A stretch of 64,000 nucleotides of DNA from a virus (lineage: Duplodnaviria; Caudoviricetes). The position numbers and the translations under genes were made by a program. Numbering within the stretch: the first letter of the stretch is position 1; every line of letters starts with the position of its first letter. The notes beneath the pieces were generated by a model, which saw only the letters and a list, made by a program, of their open reading frames with translations, did no database searches and was not told the DNA's origin. The stretch lies in IMG/VR virus record IMGVR_UViG_3300032167_000006; one strand, written 5' to 3'. Positions 30,879-39,875 of this stretch are shown here, piece after piece.

Positions 30879-32408
30879 ATGGCTGAAAAGAAATTAAATA
30901 CACGCATAGCCCTTAAAATTGATACACTTGAAGCGTGGGAGTCTTCCTCTTTACCTCTTAAGAAAGGCGAGGTTGCTCTTGCAACAACAACTCATGGTTC
31001 AAAGAATATAGTTCTTATGAAGGTTGCTGACACTGAAGGTCAGGTTTGGTCAGCTATTCCGGATTTCGTTTATGCTAGAGCTGCTGATGTTCTTGATGTA
31101 TGTAAAGATGCTAACGATCTTACCGCATTTATCAATAACCTTATCAATGCTGCTAACTTTACAGATAATGATGCATTCAAAGCACTTGAGCAGGATGTTT
31201 CAGATAATGCTGATGCTATTGAAGTTCTCAATGGCACTGTAGATACTGCAGGTTCTGTTGCTAAAGCTATCAAGGATGCTATCGATGCTCTTGATCTTGC
31301 TAACACATATGCTGCTAAAGAGCATGATCATGTAGTTGCTGATATTACTGATTTTGATACTGCAGTAAAAGCTTATGGTTATGCTTTAGATTCAGAACTT
31401 GATGCGGTTGCTGAGGATCTTGGTGAGGAAGTAACTCGTGCTACACAGGCTGAAGAGGCTCTTGCTGGTCGTGTTAAGACTTTAGAAGATTCTAAAGATG
31501 CATATGTTGCTGCTGATACTGCTCTTAAGACAGAGCTTGCAGCTAGCATCAAATCTACAGATGACAAGATTACTGCATTCTTAAAGGATGCTGATATGAC
31601 TGAGAAAGCTGTAGATACATTAGCAGAACTTCAGAATTATATTACAACTCATGGCAATGAAGCATCAGGCATGCTTGAAGATATTGCGGCTAACACCAAA
31701 GCTATTGGCGATGAAGTAACACGTGCTACAGGTGCTGAAGAAGCTCTTGCTGGTCGTGTTAAGACTTTAGAAGATCATAAAGATGATTATGTTGGTGCTG
31801 ACACTGCTCTTAAATCAGAACTCGAAGGTAAAATCAATGCAATTGATAACCACTCACATGAGAACAAGACAGTTCTTGATGGTATTACAGCTGAGAAAGT
31901 TTCAGCTTGGGATGCTGCTGAGAAGAATGCAAAAGATTATGCTGATGGTCTTGCAGATAATTACGATGCTGCTGGTTCAGCTGCTGATGCTCTTCAGGAT
32001 GCAAAAGACTACGCAGATGGTCTTGCTGGTAACTACGATGCTGCTGGTTCAGCTGCTGATGCTCTCGCTGATGCTAAAGAGTACGCTGATGGTTTAAAGA
32101 CAACTATCGATGCTGCTTATGCTGCTGCTGATACAGCTACACTTAACAGTGCTAAAGCTTATGCTGATGGTCTTGCTGGCAATTATGATGCTGCTGGTTC
32201 GGCTGCTGATGCACTTCAGGATGCAAAAGACTACGCTGACGGTCTTGCTGGCAACTATGCTACAGCTGCACAGGGTACTAAGGCTGACACTGCACTTCAG
32301 AAGATTGAAACAACTGCTAATGGTGGTCTCGTTGTAACTAATAATAATAAGATTGATATCGACGATACTGTTACATTCGTATTTGATTGTGGTAATGCTA
32401 CCGTTTAA
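30879..32408 (+). CDS. Mtd_N-like coiled-coil fibre protein with tandem repeats
   Basis: NTRIALKIDT..W...LKKGEVA; HDHVVADITDF; AKDYADGL repeats; ATAAQGTKADTALQ. Confidence 0.7.
   Translation: MAEKKLNTRIALKIDTLEAWESSSLPLKKGEVALATTTHGSKNIVLMKVADTEGQVWSAIPDFVYARAADVLDVCKDANDLTAFINNLINAANFTDNDAFKALEQDVSDNADAIEVLNGTVDTAGSVAKAIKDAIDALDLANTYAAKEHDHVVADITDFDTAVKAYGYALDSELDAVAEDLGEEVTRATQAEEALAGRVKTLEDSKDAYVAADTALKTELAASIKSTDDKITAFLKDADMTEKAVDTLAELQNYITTHGNEASGMLEDIAANTKAIGDEVTRATGAEEALAGRVKTLEDHKDDYVGADTALKSELEGKINAIDNHSHENKTVLDGITAEKVSAWDAAEKNAKDYADGLADNYDAAGSAADALQDAKDYADGLAGNYDAAGSAADALADAKEYADGLKTTIDAAYAAADTATLNSAKAYADGLAGNYDAAGSAADALQDAKDYADGLAGNYATAAQGTKADTALQKIETTANGGLVVTNNNKIDIDDTVTFVFDCGNATV
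31428..31815 (+). repeat. duplicated ~100-bp coding segment (EVTRATxAEEALAGRVKTLED)
   Basis: copies start at about 31428 and 31713. Confidence 0.8.
31929..32262 (+). repeat. coding tandem repeat, ~72-bp unit (AKDYADGLAGNYDAAGSAADALQD)
   Basis: near-identical DNA copies; five AKxYADGL cores. Confidence 0.85.
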
Positions 32409-32430
32409 TAATATTTACATTATATTAAAA

Positions 32431-32458
32431 AAGAGGGATTATTAATTTAATCCCTCTT
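32431..32458 (+). terminator. intra-operon stem-loop
   Basis: AAGAGGGATTA-ttaatt-TAATCCCTCTT. Confidence 0.65.
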
Positions 32459-32546
32459 ATCTATAAATTAGATATAAGATGATTTTGAAATGATAGATCG
32501 TCTAGTTCTCCAAATTTTGAAATGATAAATTAAAGGAGGCATTAAA

Positions 32547-32783
32547 ATGAAAAAAATAAAAGTCCGTATGAGCCAAAAACATGACACCGAAGCTAATTGG
32601 TTAAAGGTGCCTACATTTATCCCTTCAGATGGAGAACTAATAATATACGACCCAGATGATAAAAATAAATATCCAAGAATGAAAGTTGGAGATAATAAGA
32701 CTACTATAGTAAATCTTCCATTTATATCTGGTGCGGGTGAAATACTCTATAATGAAGATGGCGAAAAAATATTTCTAATGTAA
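32547..32783 (+). CDS. stand-alone Mtd_N-like mini-protein
   Basis: QKHDTEANW...FIP..GELIIYD...KVGD...LPF. Confidence 0.7.
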   Translation: MKKIKVRMSQKHDTEANWLKVPTFIPSDGELIIYDPDDKNKYPRMKVGDNKTTIVNLPFISGAGEILYNEDGEKIFLM

Positions 32784-32852
32784 TATTATTAGATGTATTT
32801 ATATGGGATTTATATTTTAATAAATTTTATTCGCCTAGAAAGATATAAATTC

Positions 32853-32876
32853 CCCTGTGAGAGCAATCTCACAGGG
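32853..32876. terminator. stem-loop between convergent genes
   Basis: CCCTGTGAGA-GCAA-TCTCACAGGG. Confidence 0.75.
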
Positions 32877-32884
32877 ATTAATAT

Positions 32885-33280
32885 TTACTTTAATTCAGAA
32901 TATAAATCTATTAGGATTTCTTTAAATCCATTAGCATATACAGTAATTTTTGGTTCAATATAAACGCTATAATCGTTTATTTCAATTATTTTTTTCATTG
33001 AGCTAAATATAGTGTATGAATTAGAGTTGTTATTATTTATAATATTATAACAAATAATATTTAAATTATTATCATCATCTACTTTATATTCTATTCTTGT
33101 CTCTTTTTCATCATAATCAAATTTTATATTAATTACTATATCAGTATTTAACTCATAAGAGTCTTGTAATGTAATTATAAATTTTGATTCTCTATCATTT
33201 CTAACTACTGCACTTTTTGATAAAATTTTTTTATATTTGTTATCTACGATAACATCACATGATATAGAAGTATGTTCCAT
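32885..33280 (-). CDS. hypothetical protein inserted antisense in the fibre operon
   Basis: AAGGAG RBS; hairpin downstream. Confidence 0.65.
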   Translation of the reverse strand: MEHTSISCDVIVDNKYKKILSKSAVVRNDRESKFIITLQDSYELNTDIVINIKFDYDEKETRIEYKVDDDNNLNIICYNIINNNNSNSYTIFSSMKKIIEINDYSVYIEPKITVYANGFKEILIDLYSELK

Positions 33281-33372
33281 ATTAAATATCTCCTTAAAAT
33301 TATTTTATCTTAAAGTATGTAATATTTTAAAAATTAATAAATAAAAATTCCTAAAAAGGAGGGATATAAATT

Positions 33373-33681
33373 ATGGCTGAAAAAACTATTAAAAGTAGAT
33401 CAATACAAAAGCATGATATTGAAGCTAATTGGATCAAAGCCACTAATTTTATACCTAAACAAGGCGAAATTATTGTTTATGATATTGAAGTAGACGCTAA
33501 TGGCAATAATTTGACTTTGCCATCTGGTAGAACTACTCCTTATACATATGAACGTTTTAAAATTGGTGATGGTAAAACTCTTGTAAGTTCATTACCTTTT
33601 GTTATGGAAAGTATCTCAGATGCTGAAATAGATGCTATTTGTGGTGCAACTATTTATGCAGCTAGCGAGGTGATCTTATAA
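33373..33681 (+). CDS. stand-alone Mtd_N-like adaptor
   Basis: QKHDIEANW...FIPKQGEIIVYD...KIGDG...LPF; C-terminal ISDAEIDAIC. Confidence 0.7.
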   Translation: MAEKTIKSRSIQKHDIEANWIKATNFIPKQGEIIVYDIEVDANGNNLTLPSGRTTPYTYERFKIGDGKTLVSSLPFVMESISDAEIDAICGATIYAASEVIL

Positions 33682-35945
33682 TGAGTGAATACGTTTTAAC
33701 GCCTCTATCTACTTTAAAAACAGTTGCAAATACTGTTAAAGAAATTGTCGGAGTTGATGAAATTCCGTTAACCAAGATTGACCAGACAGTTGCATCTGCT
33801 GTTACTAAACCACCAGAAATTTCTGTAAATTCATCTAATGGTTTAATTACAGCTACTGCTGGATCATCATCTACATATCAACTTGCATTTCAACCTGCTA
33901 AAACTATTACACCTGCAGCAACATCACAAACTGCTGTATCTTCTGGTTATTATACTGGTGGCGCAGTTACTGTTGAAGGTGATAGTAATTTAATTGCTGA
34001 TAATATTAAAAGTGGTGTTAGTATATTTGGTGTTAATGGAACTTATGAAGGTAGTGGTGGAGGTACGAACTCGGCAGATGAATTCATTACAAAAACTATA
34101 ACAAGTTATAGTGGCAATGTTTCTTATGTTGCCAGTCAAGCATTCTACGGTTGTACTAATCTTACAACGATAAATATGCCATATTGTACCGAAATTAGAA
34201 GTAATGCATTTCAATATTGTACAAAACTTACAGATATAAGCATACCAGTTTGTACTTCAATTGGCGGCGGAGCATTTTATCAGTGTTTAAATCTTACAAC
34301 TGTAAGTTTTCCGGCATGTACTTTGATTGGATATAGTGCATTTGCTTCTTGTTCAAATCTTACAACTATAAATCTTCCAACATGTAGGACAATTAGTGGT
34401 TATGCATTTGCTTCTTGTTCAAATCTTACTAATGTAAGTTTACCAGTTTGTACTAATATTAGTAATAATGCATTTCAATATTGTAAAAGTTTAACAGTAA
34501 TAGATTTGCCTAATTGCGAACATTTTGATTCTCGTGCATTTTTAGGTTGTACTGGTTTAACTAGTATAAGCATACCAGTTGCCCGTGGTTTTGGATATAG
34601 TGCATTTCAAGGTTGTACAGGTTTAACAAGTATAAATCTACCTGCTTGTACAGGTTTAACTAAGTATGTATTTATGAATTGTACAAACCTTTCAACAATA
34701 AATATGCCTAATTGTACAGTAATATGGGATTATGCATTTTCTTCTTGTTTAGCTCTTACTAGTATGCATTTTAAAAAATATATAGGCATATGTTCTAATG
34801 CATTTTTAAATTGCGCTAATCTATCTCAAATATACTTAGAACATTCAACAATATGTGGCTTATCTAATTCAAATGCGTTTACAAATACTATGATTACATC
34901 CACTACAGGTTCAATATTTGTACCACCATTATTAGTAGATACATATAAATCTGCAACAAACTGGGCGTATTTTTCAAATATAATATTTGTTATGCATGGA
35001 TTATATGACATAACTGAGAATACAATTTTAGTTAATAATACTAAAAACTTCACTATAACTACTGTATTTGATAGTATTCCAACGAATATTTCTATTACAC
35101 CTTTAACTAATGAGTGTATATCTATATCTAATATACAAGCAAATACATCTAATATTACTTTTGATATAACATCTTATAATATTGAAGGAGAAGTAGAAAT
35201 TGAAGTATGTGCTACTGAAAATGAAGAAATTTATAAAGATATTTTTACTATACAAATATTTAATCCTATTGGTAATTTAAATGAAAAAATAAATCCAAAT
35301 TCTACTAAAATAATTAATATACCATTAAATTGTAATGGCATTACTCCAGATGATGTAAGTGTTATTTCAAATGATAATAGCTTACTTACAATATCTGATA
35401 TTGTATACGATGCAGAAAATATTACTTTCCATATAACTTCTTATAATACAAAGGTGGGCGACAATATAGGAATTGATGTGTCTATTGTTTACAATGGTCG
35501 TATTTATAATAAAGCACTAACAATAGCAGCAGTGAATGAACCATATTATTTTATTGAAGATTTAGGTGATACTTATGGATTTATTATGAATTCTAATGGA
35601 TATTATGTAAGTAATAATAAAGGAATTTCTAGATCTTACGCATTATGCAAGCTAAAAATTTTCGCTCCATATGATTGTACAATGTATCTTGATTGCATTA
35701 ATTCAGGAGAAAATGATTATGATTATGGTATATTATCTAATCTTAATACCGAGTTATCATCATCACATTCAGCAGACAGTACTTCAAATGTTTATAAATC
35801 ATTTAAAGGTTTATCAAGCACAAGTATACAGACAATATCTTATGCAATACCTGCTGGCGAACATTTTATTTATATAAAATTTATAAAAGACGGTAGTGGT
35901 AATAATAACTATGATTCATTACAATTTAAAGTAAGATTTGAATAA
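33681..35945 (+). CDS. BspA-like leucine-rich-repeat adhesin/receptor-binding protein
   Basis: many CTxIxxxAFxxCxxLTx repeats; NIKSGVSIFGVNGT fibre motif. Confidence 0.85.
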   Translation: MSEYVLTPLSTLKTVANTVKEIVGVDEIPLTKIDQTVASAVTKPPEISVNSSNGLITATAGSSSTYQLAFQPAKTITPAATSQTAVSSGYYTGGAVTVEGDSNLIADNIKSGVSIFGVNGTYEGSGGGTNSADEFITKTITSYSGNVSYVASQAFYGCTNLTTINMPYCTEIRSNAFQYCTKLTDISIPVCTSIGGGAFYQCLNLTTVSFPACTLIGYSAFASCSNLTTINLPTCRTISGYAFASCSNLTNVSLPVCTNISNNAFQYCKSLTVIDLPNCEHFDSRAFLGCTGLTSISIPVARGFGYSAFQGCTGLTSINLPACTGLTKYVFMNCTNLSTINMPNCTVIWDYAFSSCLALTSMHFKKYIGICSNAFLNCANLSQIYLEHSTICGLSNSNAFTNTMITSTTGSIFVPPLLVDTYKSATNWAYFSNIIFVMHGLYDITENTILVNNTKNFTITTVFDSIPTNISITPLTNECISISNIQANTSNITFDITSYNIEGEVEIEVCATENEEIYKDIFTIQIFNPIGNLNEKINPNSTKIINIPLNCNGITPDDVSVISNDNSLLTISDIVYDAENITFHITSYNTKVGDNIGIDVSIVYNGRIYNKALTIAAVNEPYYFIEDLGDTYGFIMNSNGYYVSNNKGISRSYALCKLKIFAPYDCTMYLDCINSGENDYDYGILSNLNTELSSSHSADSTSNVYKSFKGLSSTSIQTISYAIPAGEHFIYIKFIKDGSGNNNYDSLQFKVRFE

Positions 35946-35983
35946 ATTACTGTTTTAAAACGGAACAAAAGGAGAAAACAAAA

Positions 35984-36964
35984 ATGAAATTACAAATATT
36001 AATCCCTCAATATAAAGAGACAGAAGATATAATCAAATCTCTTCTCGATAGTATTGAGGTTCAACAAAATATAGATTTAAAAAATGATATTGGCGTTATT
36101 ATCGTCAATGATGGCACCGATATTCATCTTAGCCAAGAATTCTTTAAAAGATACTCATTTCCAATAGAGTATCATCTTAACGAGCATAAAGGTGTTTCAG
36201 CAACTCGTAATGCTTGTCTTGACCATGCAACAGCAGATTATGTTATGTTCTGTGATGCTGATGATATGTTCTACAATGCTTGTGGAATGTATATCATATT
36301 CCGTGAAATAGACAATGGTGGCTTTGATAGTTTAGTATCTGCTTTTATTGAAGAGTCACGCATTCCAGAAACAAAAGAGGTAGTATATATTAATCACGAT
36401 ATGGATTCTACCTTTGTTCATGGTAAGGTTCATCGTAGACAATATCTTATTGATAATAATATTAGATGGAATGATAATCTTACAATTCACGAAGACAGTT
36501 ATTTCAACTGCCTATGCCAACGCTTGGCACGAGAATTAAAATACTCTCAAACATCATTCTATCTTTGGAAATGGCGTGATGCTTCAGTATGTCGCCATGA
36601 CCCCAAGTATATTTTAAAAACTTACAATAATATGCTTGATAGTAACGATGCTTTGGTCGAACAGTTCCTAAATCGTCGCAGAAAAGAAGATGCTATGTTT
36701 TATGCAGTCGGCATGATTTATGATGCTTATTTTACTATGAATAAAGATGAGTGGTTAAATCAAGAGAATAAAGATTATCGCTATGCTACAGAAAAACGCT
36801 TTAAAGAATATTGGTTGAAATATAAAACCTTGCACGATGAAATTCCTAAAGATGTAAAAACACAGATTATTATGGGAATTAAAAATCGTATGTATGGTGA
36901 AGGTATGGTATTAGAAACACTTACCTTTAATGAATGGATTAAACAAGTGGAGGCAATGGTATGA
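35984..36964 (+). CDS. glycosyltransferase family 2
   Basis: ILIPQY, IIVNDG, GVSATRN, FCDADD, HEDSYF. Confidence 0.9.
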   Translation: MKLQILIPQYKETEDIIKSLLDSIEVQQNIDLKNDIGVIIVNDGTDIHLSQEFFKRYSFPIEYHLNEHKGVSATRNACLDHATADYVMFCDADDMFYNACGMYIIFREIDNGGFDSLVSAFIEESRIPETKEVVYINHDMDSTFVHGKVHRRQYLIDNNIRWNDNLTIHEDSYFNCLCQRLARELKYSQTSFYLWKWRDASVCRHDPKYILKTYNNMLDSNDALVEQFLNRRRKEDAMFYAVGMIYDAYFTMNKDEWLNQENKDYRYATEKRFKEYWLKYKTLHDEIPKDVKTQIIMGIKNRMYGEGMVLETLTFNEWIKQVEAMV

Positions 36965-37194
36965 TAATAACTGAATCTTTAAATGATGGCGCTTTAATTA
37001 AACACTATAGTGATTCTGGATTTATGCTATTACAGAATGAAACTGGGGTAAAATATTCAGATCCTATAGATATTGTTCCTTGTCCTTATACATATACAGA
37101 AACAAATGAAAAAGTAGAATCTGAAGAAATAACAGATTCTAATGAAGAAATCACCGGTGATGAATTTCTTGATATGATTAAGGAGGTATTATAA
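36961..37194 (+). CDS. small acidic fibre-accessory protein
   Basis: YSD.G..L.Q.ETGV.Y...ID...YTYTET; coupled to both neighbours. Confidence 0.55.
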   Translation: MIITESLNDGALIKHYSDSGFMLLQNETGVKYSDPIDIVPCPYTYTETNEKVESEEITDSNEEITGDEFLDMIKEVL

Positions 37195-37586
37195 TGAAAA
37201 GAAGTGAAGCTAGAGCTTTTATAGATTCTTTAATTAATTTAAGAACCTCTGCAACAGATGCACAAGCTACTAATGCGCCTGCTGTATATCCTGAGTGGAA
37301 AACAGAAGTTGAGTATGCTGTTAATGATAGAGTTTTATATAATGATATTTTATATAAAGTTATTACTGCACATACTTCACAAGAAACTTGGACACCTGAT
37401 ACAGCAGTTAGTTTATTTGCAAAAGTTCTTATTCCTAATAATAATATTACTCCTGCATGGGAACAGCCTAATAGCACCAATCCTTATATGAATGGGGATA
37501 AAGTTACTCACAAAGATAAGACTTGGGTTTCTACAATAGATAACAATGTTTGGGAACCAGGTGTTTATGGCTGGAAAGAAGTATAA
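37194..37586 (+). CDS. carbohydrate-binding (CBM5/12-like) protein
   Basis: W....Y..NDRV.Y...LYKV..AHTSQ..W.P and W.QP....Y..GDKV.H...W.S..DNNVWEPG. Confidence 0.8.
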   Translation: MKRSEARAFIDSLINLRTSATDAQATNAPAVYPEWKTEVEYAVNDRVLYNDILYKVITAHTSQETWTPDTAVSLFAKVLIPNNNITPAWEQPNSTNPYMNGDKVTHKDKTWVSTIDNNVWEPGVYGWKEV

Positions 37587-37631
37587 ATTTTAAATATAAT
37601 TCATCTTTAAATAAAGGAGGAATTAAAAAAT

Positions 37632-37826
37632 ATGTCTTTTTTAAATAAACAAGGCGTAGAACGACTATGGCAACATATAATTCTTAAACTTGGAAATAAA
37701 GTAGATAAAGTTGAAGGTAAGGGTTTATCTACAGAAGACTTTACTACAGAAGAAAAAACTAAATTAAGTAACCTCACTGAAGGCCAAATAAAAACAATAG
37801 ATGGTCAATCAGTATTTTTAATGTGA
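37632..37826 (+). CDS. small fibre adaptor
   Basis: FLNKQGVERLW; KVDKVEGKGLSTEDFT. Confidence 0.7.
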   Translation: MSFLNKQGVERLWQHIILKLGNKVDKVEGKGLSTEDFTTEEKTKLSNLTEGQIKTIDGQSVFLM

Positions 37827-37860
37827 TAAAATAAAACTTTATAAAGGAGGTTAATCCTAT

Positions 37861-38736
37861 ATGGGACAACATAGAGTCGTATTGGCAAAGCAAATTAATG
37901 GACAGATAGAATATCTGTATCCAAAAACTTATGCCGATCAAATTATATTTAGCGATACAGATACAACAACTGTTAAAACTAAAATAGATGGTATTTTAGG
38001 TAATATTGCTAATCTTATCACTGCTGATACCAATATGCAAAAAGCTATTGATGAAAAAGTAGATAAGATTACTGGTAAGGGTTTATCTACTAACGATTAT
38101 ACAAATGATGAAAAAACTAAATTAGCTGGTATAGCAGCTGGAGCTAATAAAACTGTAGTAGATACAGAATTAAAATCAGATTCTACAAACCCTGTACAGA
38201 ATAAAGTAATAGCTGCAGCAATTGCTGAATTAGCTGATGATCCTGATGTTTATGTACAGAATGATGAACCTACAGATGCTGAAGATGGTTCTATCTGGAT
38301 TGATTTAGATGGTGAAGAATCTATAGGTTTAAATAATAAAATCGATATGCCTACAGATGAAACTGGCACTATATTAAAAGGTAGTGAGGGTCAAGTATTA
38401 CAGGCTAATGGCGATGGTACAACTTCATGGGTTGATTATGTGCCTGCAGCAGTAGCTACAATAGACCTTAAAGGTGGTATAGATAACTGGACAGAATATC
38501 CTGTAGAAGGTTCAACTGCAACTCGTTACGGTCAGGTAGTTACAGTAAAAAATGCTACAATCACTCCAAATAGCTCAGTTGATTTACGTATCGACTCTGA
38601 GCAAGTAGCAATCTTTCATGAAAAATGTCTTGCTTTTGTTGCTGAAAATGAAGATGGAATAGTTACAGTATTTTGTGTTGGTCAAATTCCTCAAAATGAT
38701 TACACTATCCAAGTTAAAGTTACTGAAGTGGCATAA
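37861..38736 (+). CDS. multi-motif fibre protein
   Basis: YLYPKT, KVDK.GKGLSTNDY, STNPVQNKVI, EPTD..GSIWID, GQVL..NGDGTTSW. Confidence 0.7.
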   Translation: MGQHRVVLAKQINGQIEYLYPKTYADQIIFSDTDTTTVKTKIDGILGNIANLITADTNMQKAIDEKVDKITGKGLSTNDYTNDEKTKLAGIAAGANKTVVDTELKSDSTNPVQNKVIAAAIAELADDPDVYVQNDEPTDAEDGSIWIDLDGEESIGLNNKIDMPTDETGTILKGSEGQVLQANGDGTTSWVDYVPAAVATIDLKGGIDNWTEYPVEGSTATRYGQVVTVKNATITPNSSVDLRIDSEQVAIFHEKCLAFVAENEDGIVTVFCVGQIPQNDYTIQVKVTEVA

Positions 38737-38754
38737 TAAAAAGGAGGATTTATA

Positions 38755-39006
38755 ATGGCTATTTTAAAAGTAAAAAATAATGGTGCATGGGATAATATAT
38801 TAGGAGTAGATACCTCCAATTTTGCAACTAAAATTCCAAAGTCTGCAGATAATAACGAACTTGATTTAAAAGATGTATATGATAAAATCCCAGTCATAGC
38901 ACAAAATACTGTTAATCAAGCAGTATCAAATAGCACTTTTAGACTTAAGATCACTTATGATGACGGTACAGTTAAGCAGATTAAAGTGTTAGGAGCTGAA
39001 GTATAA
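38755..39006 (+). CDS. small fibre adaptor
   Basis: MAILKVK..GAW; C-terminal ITYDDGT. Confidence 0.65.
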   Translation: MAILKVKNNGAWDNILGVDTSNFATKIPKSADNNELDLKDVYDKIPVIAQNTVNQAVSNSTFRLKITYDDGTVKQIKVLGAEV

Positions 39007-39842
39007 TGGCTGAAATTACTAATTTCGAAATTGTTGGTTCTAATAAATCAATAGCTAAAGTTGAAGCTTCTTTAGATAATGGTAGAACTTATGGAACTAT
39101 TTGGGAAGCTGTTCAGCATACTTATACTTTGGTCCCAACAGAAGCAACTGATGTAAATGGTGATGGAACACAATATGCTTTAGAATATACTGCTACTGTT
39201 GAAAATATTGATAACTACTGGAATATTTATACACCTTTTGTTTTATATGAAGATGGTGTGGAAGTAGATACTAGTGATCTAGAACTTGAAGTAGAAGGTA
39301 AATTACCAATTATTCATCCAGATGGTTATTCAAATTATTTCGGTTATGTACCACCGGTAGGTGAATCGTATGTGTATGATGATATGTATTATATCGAAAT
39401 TGAATACAAAGGCAAAACTATCAGATCCAATCCAATACAGATACAAATAAATGCTCCAATTGAGCTCTTATCAAGAGACGTATCTATTATTGGTAGTAGT
39501 ATAAACTTAGAATATGATAGCTATGGATATGTATCTGAAACTTATGTAACACATGTAGCTACATATGAAAACATAGATTCTGATATGGAAATTTATTTCA
39601 AAGGAACAGAAGATGAAAATATGGATGGTATAACCATTGAAGATAGTGATGGTCATACTAGTATTCAGAGATGCTATCCATACGAATATATATCAGATAC
39701 AGAATGCAAATGGAAACTTTTATTAAAGCATGATGGTTATTATGAAGGAACAGATTCTGTTAGCCGTGAAATAATTGTAAATATCCCATCATCTTCAACT
39801 TATAAATCAGTTACATTAATTATTAATGAATCTATATATTAA
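39006..39842 (+). CDS. acidic beta-rich protein (possible fibre tip)
   Basis: coupled TAATG start; Tyr/Glu/Asp-rich. Confidence 0.6.
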   Translation: MAEITNFEIVGSNKSIAKVEASLDNGRTYGTIWEAVQHTYTLVPTEATDVNGDGTQYALEYTATVENIDNYWNIYTPFVLYEDGVEVDTSDLELEVEGKLPIIHPDGYSNYFGYVPPVGESYVYDDMYYIEIEYKGKTIRSNPIQIQINAPIELLSRDVSIIGSSINLEYDSYGYVSETYVTHVATYENIDSDMEIYFKGTEDENMDGITIEDSDGHTSIQRCYPYEYISDTECKWKLLLKHDGYYEGTDSVSREIIVNIPSSSTYKSVTLIINESIY

Positions 39843-39875
39843 ATTAATTAAGACTATAAAGGAGGTTAACTCTAT

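Noticed and set aside
31428-32262. CRISPR array
   Set aside because: Repeats are in-frame coding units with synonymous variation and no unique spacers
26737-35945. Diversity-generating retroelement suggested by Mtd-like domains
   Set aside because: Only the Mtd N-terminal module is present; no reverse transcriptase and no template/variable repeat pair differing at adenines seen in this window
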